In this document: in pieces, positions 10,301 through 16,892 of the stretch
How positions within the stretch are numbered: position 1 is the first letter of the stretch
Layout of the letters: every line of letters begins with the position of its first letter
From: Andalucia godoyi And28
Taxonomy: Eukaryota; Protista; Jakobida
Direction: 5' to 3'
Assembly (NCBI GenBank): GCA_009859145.1
Contig: VRVR01000058.1
Span: 1-16,892 of the forward strand
DNA: 16,892 nt
Made by a program: the position numbers and the translations under genes
Notes under the pieces: generated by a model
The model's database searches: none
Seen by the model: only the letters and a program-made list of their open reading frames with translations
Told to the model about the DNA's origin: nothing

Positions 10301-12243
10301 ACAGCACTGAATTTTTCGAGGCTGAGGATGCGCACACAGATTCGAATTCGCCAAATCTTGAGATTCTTGTTGTCTCATCAACCGGGACCCTCAACGGACT
10401 CCTCATTGTTACGCTGTCATCCGTGTTGTTCATGCTGTTCGTGTTGTTGTGCTTGCACTTCTTTTCTTTCGGTCTTGCGTTTTCCATCATTGTTGCTCGG
10501 TATGTTCGACACTGTCGTTCAACAGGAAGGTCGTTGCACCTTTCTGATGTCTGCCGTCTTGTTAACTTCTCCAAACTTGCCCGGTTTTTCGATTCTCTCT
10601 ACTTTACTGTTTTCTACGCAGCAGCGTACCCGATATTTGTTGCGATTTCTCTGACATTCTTCGTTGCACAGTCTGCCAGCATGCTCATTCTTGCGTTGGT
10701 TGCCGCGACAGTCTACGTGCTTGTTGTGCTCCTTGCTATTGCTCCCTCTCTCAAACGCGGTCCAAGCATCAAAACGAAGCTGGATATCGCTTTCCACGTC
10801 TATCCGAAAGACTTGTGGTTTGTGCACGTACTCAACATTTCCATCTTCATCTTCGACGGCGTAATCGTTGCGGTTGGATCTCAGGCCGGCATGATGACAT
10901 CTTCGTTGCAAATTTGTTTGCTTGCGGGTCCTTCCTTCTTGAGACTTTTGCTTGCATTGGTTTTCATCCCTGCGGAAATGATGAAGGACAAAGCCTTGGG
11001 CATATTGAACGGTATTCTGGACGTTGTCCAGCTGCTGCTTGTGTTTGCTTTGGTGGGGAAAAGTAGATCTTCGTATTTGACAAACACCCTGATGACGTAT
11101 GTCGCATGGGCCCAGATGGTTGTTGTTATCATCAATATTTGTGTATCCGTATTCGAAATGGTCCTCGCGGTCGGCAGATTTCTAAAACACATGAGCCTTC
11201 TGGTTTCCGCTCGTATCCAGCGGGTTGGGAGCGATACGACGCAGAAGGATTTCAAGGACAAAATAGATGCGTGCCCAGCAGATCCAAAGACAGTCGCCGA
11301 ATGGACAAGCAATGACAGCAAATTCCTTCTACGCACAGGTCCAATCTGTGATCTTGATTCGGTCTCGGAAACAGACAGCGTTTCGTTTCCAGGGACATCT
11401 TACTCCAGTTCCGAACACGAGGGCAGTGCGTCTTGTCGCTCTCGCGCAATATCCAGTGCATCTTCGGCGGACCTCCATTCTGCTCCGGTGACACCTTCAA
11501 CCACTTCGAATCCTCTTGCGTTGAAATTCGATCTCACTCTGCGTCAGGACAGTGCAGTCGACCGCAACTATCAGCGGTCTCTTGTAAGCTTGCGCGATCC
11601 CCCCGATGATCAGTGCACAATCGACGCATTCGGTAATCCTGTTCCATACCATTCTCCCTTCTCTTCCAGCGCAGTGGAAATCGCACTGAGGACCACATCG
11701 GTCAAGAAAACAAAACCTGTGATCCTGCTGGATGCGAATGATCCAGAGAACAAGAACCCGCTGTGTCTCGCTTTTTCACAGCCCCCGCGACCGTCTGCTC
11801 GTCAGGCGCTGGTTCCAATTGGAATGCGAGCACTAAAGCGCAGTATTTCTCCGCAATCGGCAGCCCCCGAATTGCGAGACGGAGGAGCGAGTTCGTCGAT
11901 CAGCCCTCGAAAGGTCGCTGCTTCAGATCTCCCGTCTGAAGCATTTGCAACACCCAATCTTCACATCCATGCCCCCAGAAATCCCGTCTGTGTTCCCGAG
12001 GACTTTGCTCCGCCAACTCTTTCTTCTGCAACTTCTTCCTGGACGCTTCCGAACATCTCTGTGGAGTCTGCTGGACACTCAAACACTAACCCTCTTGCGA
12101 AGCCATTCGCCGATCGCTGGCCTTTTCCAAGTTCTGCAAATGTTTCAAGTTCCCGTCCGGGACTTACGTCTGTCGTTCCGAAGTACTCTATGGATCATCC
12201 TTTTCCTCTTCGTCGGTCATCTGGGAAATCGAAACAAGCATGA
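4325..12243 (+). CDS. Giant cysteine-rich multi-pass surface/receptor-like protein (signal peptide, EGF/laminin-EGF-like modules, GCC2_GCC3/furin-like-type Cys repeats, ~7-8 TM domain, Ser/Pro-rich tail); spliced, ~2580-2599 aa
   Basis: Model: join(4325..4480 or ..4537, 4578..4656, 4736..12243); the phases add up (0, then 1). ATG 4325 gives signal peptide MHILQCALYSIVLCLPVVLGA. The reading frame of ORF 4858 extends upstream to 4736 as (D)SGYFCEQTCNLTYGSCVNGACVC, an EGF-like pattern. Hydrophobic helices ~10150-11180; low-complexity S/P tail to TGA at 12243. Confidence 0.88.
4481..4577 (+). other. Spliceosomal intron 1 of the Cys-rich gene (donor 4481 GTATGT, or alternative in-frame donor 4538 GTATCA; acceptor TTGTAG at 4577)
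   Basis: Both donors are phase 0 relative to ATG 4325. Acceptor 4577 opens SSRCKTGACGNLGDLQ. An intron is required because the unspliced frame stops at 4675. Confidence 0.6.
4657..4735 (+). other. Spliceosomal intron 2 of the Cys-rich gene (79 nt)
   Basis: GTATGA donor, CTGAC branch-point match at 4701-4705, pyrimidine tract, AATAG acceptor. The phase-1 junction G|AT gives Asp and joins into the main ORF frame. Confidence 0.75.
5848..6245 (+). repeat. Intragenic duplication copy 1 (398 bp, four 33-aa units)
   Basis: Line-by-line comparison with 8026-8423 shows one difference (CAG at 6211-6213 vs CAA, synonymous Gln). Confidence 0.97.
8026..8423 (+). repeat. Intragenic duplication copy 2 (398 bp)
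   Basis: 397/398 identical to 5848-6245; offset 2178 nt = 22 x 99. Confidence 0.97.
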
Positions 12244-12704
12244 CCGAGACTGAAGACGGAACGCTCTACTGCTTCACGCTATATTGGTGGTGCACAAAAC
12301 TCTCACAGATACGCAAGAGACAGTACGCATGCAGCACTCGGGCAGAACGATGGGAATGGCTTTTTGACGCCTCCGGCTCTCGCCTACATTACACACTGAA
12401 GATGCATATCGACGGATGGACATGCATATTCAATCTTGGATCCCGTTGTCGGGAAGGGGATAGGCCTCAACACGCCTCTCGGCGCTCTTCAGATAGATGC
12501 TCCGCGCTCCGTTCCAATCTCGATCAATCGGTGAGCCACTTTCTCAGCGTGACACGTTGCTCCTGAGAAGGGTGCATTTTGATTCTGACGGCCCTGTATC
12601 GAGCGGCGTAGGCGTAGGCGAATGCATCATCCCAGCGCACTCACGCCCCTATTTGAATAAAAAAGAGTGAAACCAAAAAACCAAACCAACGAATGATAGA
12701 ATAG

Positions 12705-12833
12705 ATGGCTACGGATGCTGCGCTAAAGAGCGTCGAGAATGCGGAGCCTGTGTCACCGGCTGAATTCTGGCCGAGCGTGTGTAAGCACGGATTCCCCTGT
12801 GAAACAAAACGTGCTGGTGTCGGTCAGGATTGA
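12705..12833 (+). other. Short ATG-initiated ORF (42 aa, MATDAALKSVENAEPVSPAEFWPSV...), possible uORF or first exon upstream of the PHTF-like gene
   Basis: ATG follows an A/C-rich tract and the ORF contains a strong GTAAGC donor at 12781. Coding status unproven. Confidence 0.3.
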
Positions 12834-13018
12834 CCGTGTCTGTTCATGTATTCTTCCGTATGCATGACAATGGCGTGTTACTATTCTTCAGCGGCACTAT
12901 TTCTCTGCCCTGCAAGCCTTTTTTTCTGCTGATCCTCCGTCGGCATCAAGACATCAGGACTGTTTTTTTTCTCATTCTGTTGATACTTCAATGGGTCAGT
13001 AACCTTTGGTCGGCTACA

Positions 13019-14815
13019 ATGAATAGTTTGTTACTTAGCGATGCGGAGTATGCACGCTCCCCAGAATCTAGTGATGTGGAAATGTCAGAACAACGACGTC
13101 GTCATTCTGTCGCAGCGGCGTCTGAGCCTCCTGTTCTGCAGTGCTCCGGCGCTGCTGCTGCACCTAATCCTGTTTCGATTGCGGATGCATACGTCTCATT
13201 TCACTTTGCCATATTCATCCGAGAGTTTCTATATCATTTTCTGATACCGTTCGCGATTCCTGTCATTTATTTCTTTGAAGGTTGGTACAGTTTGATGAAT
13301 CGGTTGTTTTGGATTTCGTCTCGAGTTCCTGCATCCGCAATCTTCTTCATTCAGCAGTTGACTTTCTTTGGCCTGCACATTGCTTACAATGTGCTCTACT
13401 TCTACAATACAACAGACAAGAAAACCGGAAGAGTTGAGTACTCTGAGTCCACCGTTTCATTCATTGAAGTTGTTATTGTGAATCTGTTGTATTTGATCCG
13501 AGTTGCAACAATTGCTTGCAAGTACGCCTACCAGCCGCGATCCTTTTGGAAGAGATTCAACTCGGGACTGCTGTCGTCAAACGATGTTGGAGATATGTTG
13601 CTTGCGGTTGGGTGGTTCCAGTTGCGACCGCAGCTGATGATCCGGCAATTGTATTTTACGGAAACGCGTACCGGGATTGACCTTTCTTCTTCGTACTTGG
13701 TATTTCGGTCCGACACCCAAAACCTGGCTGTTATATCTCAGGTGAGTCCGGAGCAGCAAGTTGCGATCGACAATGAACTCTTGCGGGTGCCATACGAGAA
13801 AAAACGGTTGCATGCACGAGAAGTTGCTTGGCTGTGTCTTGCAGCAGCAGCCTCTCGAGTTAATGTTTCTCGTATTCGTGTCGCAGCAATGACGGTTACC
13901 GTCATTCATTCTTTTTTGCCGTGCCTGTTTAGACTGATCACGTATGGGACGTTCTTTGGCGAAAATCGATTTGACATCTCCGTTGTGGTGATTGGGATCG
14001 TTCTTTCGCTGTTTTTCATGTATGTTGACGTGCTCTTCCTGGCATGTTCTGCCGTGGACATGTACCGCCGTGCAAAGAGTCTTGGGCATTTGACAACAGT
14101 GACGAATCACATTGCTCAAGATGCATCTCCAATGAACTGGAGAGTGTGGATCGCCATTCGCCGTATTCTGGTAGATTTCGGACGCCAGTATCTTTCGCGG
14201 CTCTGTTGGTTCCTGGGCATGTTCCTTGTATTTCTGTTCATTTTGCTTCTATACATGGTGATCACCCTCTACAATGCGACGGATCTTTCGCAGATTGATT
14301 CCATTGCAATTGGAATAGTCGCCTTTGACAGTCTTGTCTTTTCGATTTGCATGATGGTTGTCGTCGTGAACGGAGCATCTGCAAACCAAATGTGCATTGC
14401 GCACCAGTCCAAGCTACGAAGCATTCAGCTCGAGCTCGCAAGCGGCGGCGGAATCGACAATGAATTGCACCAACATGAAATAGAACCAGAACTGAGGAAA
14501 GCAGCAGGTTCTTTCAAGGACGTTTACACGCAACCGGGGGACCATGATAGCGCTGTCATATCAAGGAGCTCAGCATTCGGGTCCGCTGCAAAGCGAGATT
14601 TGGACCTTGAGTGCATTCGGGCGATTGAAGCTCTGTGCCAGGCTGTCGGTGCCGAGCAGGAGCTGAACCCCATTAGCATTCTCGGCATCCAGGCAGGCTA
14701 TCCTTTTGCGCAGTTCCTTATGACTGTGGTCGGAGGCATCTTTGCAGCTTCCATCCAGCAGTACATCCATCTCATCCGACAGGACAAATCGACTTCTACT
14801 GCAAAACAAGATTGA
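13019..14815 (+). CDS. Polytopic membrane protein (~598 aa), PHTF-like / 7TM ion channel (GR/OR-like) superfamily candidate
   Basis: ATG 13019 has A at -3, and the upstream in-frame region is T-rich and UTR/intron-like. About 7 hydrophobic helices plus an N-terminal hydrophobic segment, with a long loop between TM2 and TM3. Motifs FLACSAVDMYRRAKSLGHLT, NWRVWIAIRRILVDFGRQ and terminal NPISILGIQAG..FLMTVVGGIFAASIQ resemble the corresponding PHTF segments as I recall them. Confidence 0.85.
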   Translation: MNSLLLSDAEYARSPESSDVEMSEQRRRHSVAAASEPPVLQCSGAAAAPNPVSIADAYVSFHFAIFIREFLYHFLIPFAIPVIYFFEGWYSLMNRLFWISSRVPASAIFFIQQLTFFGLHIAYNVLYFYNTTDKKTGRVEYSESTVSFIEVVIVNLLYLIRVATIACKYAYQPRSFWKRFNSGLLSSNDVGDMLLAVGWFQLRPQLMIRQLYFTETRTGIDLSSSYLVFRSDTQNLAVISQVSPEQQVAIDNELLRVPYEKKRLHAREVAWLCLAAAASRVNVSRIRVAAMTVTVIHSFLPCLFRLITYGTFFGENRFDISVVVIGIVLSLFFMYVDVLFLACSAVDMYRRAKSLGHLTTVTNHIAQDASPMNWRVWIAIRRILVDFGRQYLSRLCWFLGMFLVFLFILLLYMVITLYNATDLSQIDSIAIGIVAFDSLVFSICMMVVVVNGASANQMCIAHQSKLRSIQLELASGGGIDNELHQHEIEPELRKAAGSFKDVYTQPGDHDSAVISRSSAFGSAAKRDLDLECIRAIEALCQAVGAEQELNPISILGIQAGYPFAQFLMTVVGGIFAASIQQYIHLIRQDKSTSTAKQD

Positions 14816-15321
14816 GGTCTGCGGCGGTTGTTGTTGTTGGTGGTTTATGTTCTATTTTTAATGTCATTGCTTCCGTACAGGCCCACTTGCAGTCGAAGTA
14901 CGTGTCTTTTCCTGCCTCGTACTCGATCATTTTCGTTCGTGGCTTGTGCAACTTGGTGGTTTTTGTCCCCACCCCCCTTGTAAATGTATCGTTTTGACTG
15001 GTGCCTTCCAATTTACTGTTTATACCGTGAGTTCGTTCGGTCCATTGAATGACATTCAGAGGCTGCGTGAGCGAACAACAATTGAAACACGTACACATGT
15101 TGTCCGTGAGAGCGTCCATTCGCCGGGTATTTATTATTATTTTTTTCAAGGACGTCTCGCGTTTTCCTCGCATGCGTCGTATTGCACGAGGTGCGCCCTA
15201 ATGTGCGTTTCTCATTTGCCTCTTTCGGCTTTTTGAGTCGCAGGTTCCTGGCTGATTTGGGAACGTTGATCGTCGACAAATGCAAACTTCGCAGCATTCT
15301 CTGGTGGTTATCGGGTTTCAC

Positions 15322-15364
15322 AGGAAGAAAAAAGAAAGAAAGAAAGGAAAGAAAGGAAAGAAAG
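15322..15364. repeat. 43-nt pure-purine (GAAA)n-like tract upstream of nirK
   Basis: AGGAAGAAAAAAGAAAGAAAGAAAGGAAAGAAAGGAAAGAAAG seen directly. It explains the spurious KKKERKKGKKGKK extension in the ORF track. Confidence 0.85.
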
Positions 15365-15399
15365 CGAGGATCGTTATTGAAACTTTGGGGAAGGGGAAA

Positions 15400-16605
15400 A
15401 TGCTTTTCAGAATTGGTCGACAGCGCATCCTTCAATGGACTTCTGGTGCTGTGGCGACGGCTGCCGCACTTGCTGCATACTCGTCTCGCCTGTCAGCAGC
15501 CCCATCATCTGCGGATGCCGAAAGCCATTCGCAGACGATCTTGCTTCCACAGCCTCTTCCGAAATCAACTGTTTATGCTCGTACTCTGAATGAAGTTACA
15601 GGACTTTATCATTGGTTCCATCACAATCGAGGTGACCAGGCACGAGATTTGACCCCTGTTGTGGATGCCGAAGTGACGTTCGCTCCGAATGTTCCAAAGC
15701 CAATCGCTCGACGATACCCTGCGCGTGTTCGTGCAACTCTGGAATCTGTTGTCCGTTCCATTTCGTTGACCCCTCTGTACTCTTATGACGCATGGACGTT
15801 TAATGGATCGGTTCCTGGTCCAATGATTCGTTGTCGGGTTGGCGATGTGTTGGAACTGACTCACAAGAACAGCGATGAAAACGCTATCGGGCACAACATC
15901 GATTGCCATGGTGTGTTTGGACCCGGTGGCGGCGCTCCGGTTACAAACTGTGAGGCTGGGGAATCCCGAACGGCATACTTCCGTCTGCTCCACCCAGGGC
16001 TGTTCGTTGTTCACTGTGCTGCTGCGCCAGTTGTGCAGCACATTGCAAATGGAATGTATGCAATGCTACTGGTTGAACCAGAACACGGGCTTCCTCATGT
16101 GGATCGTGAGTTTTATGTCATGCAGAGCGAGTTTTATGGTGAAGAAGAAGAGAAGGGTTCCCGAAAGCTAGAGTTTTCCTATCCTCGCTGCCTGGACGAG
16201 AACCCTTCTCAGGTTGTTTTCAACGGGAAAGAAGGAGCATTAACGACACAGCCGCTTGTTGCCGAAGAAGGAGAAACCATTCGATTGTTTGTTGGCAATG
16301 CGGGACCGAACTTGGTGTCCAGTTTCCATGTGATTGGAGCCATTTTTGACAAGGTGTATCGCGAAGGAGATTTGCTGAGCACTCCGGCAAGAGCTCTGCA
16401 AACTACGTTGGTTCCGGCGGGCGGGAGCGTCGTTGTGGAATTCAACGCGGCCGTTCCTGGAACTTACTCACTCGTGGACCACAGCATTGCGCGCATCGAT
16501 AAAGGGGCGATCGGATTTCTCAAAGTCCGAGGCTCACCGCGCAAGGATATTTATGACTCCAACGATCCGGCACAGCCGTGTGATGGCTGTAAGCTTCATA
16601 ACTGA
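15400..16605 (+). CDS. nirK: Copper-containing nitrite reductase (NO-forming), AniA/class II-like, with organellar presequence (~401 aa)
   Basis: Type-1 Cu ligands His(15892), Cys(16015), His(16039), Met(16054). Type-2 Cu His(15907), His(16012), His(16480). Catalytic Asp in HNIDxH and His in SSFHVIG(16327). Signature segments APNVPxPIxRxYPARV, WTFNGSVPGPMIR, EFYVMQSEFY, VVFNG, GNAGPNLVSSFHVIGxIFD, LVDHS. Confidence 0.96.
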   Translation: MLFRIGRQRILQWTSGAVATAAALAAYSSRLSAAPSSADAESHSQTILLPQPLPKSTVYARTLNEVTGLYHWFHHNRGDQARDLTPVVDAEVTFAPNVPKPIARRYPARVRATLESVVRSISLTPLYSYDAWTFNGSVPGPMIRCRVGDVLELTHKNSDENAIGHNIDCHGVFGPGGGAPVTNCEAGESRTAYFRLLHPGLFVVHCAAAPVVQHIANGMYAMLLVEPEHGLPHVDREFYVMQSEFYGEEEEKGSRKLEFSYPRCLDENPSQVVFNGKEGALTTQPLVAEEGETIRLFVGNAGPNLVSSFHVIGAIFDKVYREGDLLSTPARALQTTLVPAGGSVVVEFNAAVPGTYSLVDHSIARIDKGAIGFLKVRGSPRKDIYDSNDPAQPCDGCKLHN

Positions 16606-16892
16606 GCGAATCCTCTTTTTTTGAAACAAAGGAAGGACGATCCTGTGCAGCTCAACGAGTCGTAACGCAGAGAAAGTTGGATTCAAAATAGCGTAAAGAA
16701 CTCTCTTCTTCGTTTGCATCCTTGATAGTGACAGAACTTCTCCCCCGGAACGCTGGATCGTCATGGTACTGTATGCAACAGATGTTTCGGACGGGTCGGC
16801 AACGCTGGTTCTCTGGAATAGCAGCTAGCAGGCCAGCCTACATGTACATTCACGAGGCAACCGGACGACAGACATGCGTCGCACGCTTGCAC

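Noticed and set aside
4922-10654. Numerous alternate-frame and antisense ORFs (e.g. 5417-6409, 7862-8584, 8909-9640, 10011-10574)
   Set aside because: Shadow ORFs of the repetitive Cys-rich CDS. Their mutual similarity simply reflects the 398-bp duplication.
12240-12566. 108-aa ORF overlapping the stop of the Cys-rich gene (ATGA)
   Set aside because: No recognisable motif. ATGA coupling is a prokaryotic feature and is expected by chance; probably 3' UTR/intergenic.
14796-15589. ORFs between the PHTF-like gene and nirK, and the Lys-rich 40-aa extension of nirK from 15280
   Set aside because: Products of T-rich and GAAA low-complexity intergenic DNA. The Arg-rich presequence begins at ATG 15400.
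16579-16599. Heme c binding site at the NirK C-terminus
   Set aside because: The motif is CxxCxxH, not CxxCH, and there is no cytochrome c domain around it.
16650-16892. Possible last exon of a converging minus-strand gene (...QYHDDPAFRGRSSVTIKDANEEESSLRYFESNFLCVTTR*)
   Set aside because: Under 60 codons, no recognisable homology and no clear splice structure within the window.

Overview
Compact, gene-dense eukaryotic (most likely protist) genomic DNA in the standard code, with short GT-AG introns; the host cannot be identified from the window. Four protein genes are well supported. (1) 806-3367 (-): an ~853-aa orphan type I membrane protein made of two tandem ~385-aa homologous ectodomain halves. 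(2) 4325-12243 (+, spliced): a ~2580-2600-aa receptor-like protein with a signal peptide, EGF-like modules, ~46 four-Cys repeats (32 in an exact 99-nt register), a ~7-8-TM domain resembling the fungal/protist FLC/'TRP-like' family, and a Ser/Pro-rich tail. (3) 13019-14815 (+): a ~598-aa polytopic protein resembling PHTF / the 7TM ion-channel (insect GR/OR-related) superfamily. (4) 15400-16605 (+): an intronless copper nitrite reductase (nirK) with all Cu ligands, a mitochondrial-type presequence and a C-terminal CxxC. An unexplained ~345-bp direct repeat (256-596, 3481-3828) brackets gene 1, and a 398-bp block is duplicated almost perfectly inside gene 2. No rRNA, tRNA, CRISPR or transposase was recognised. 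Family assignments are from by-eye motif recall, not database searches.
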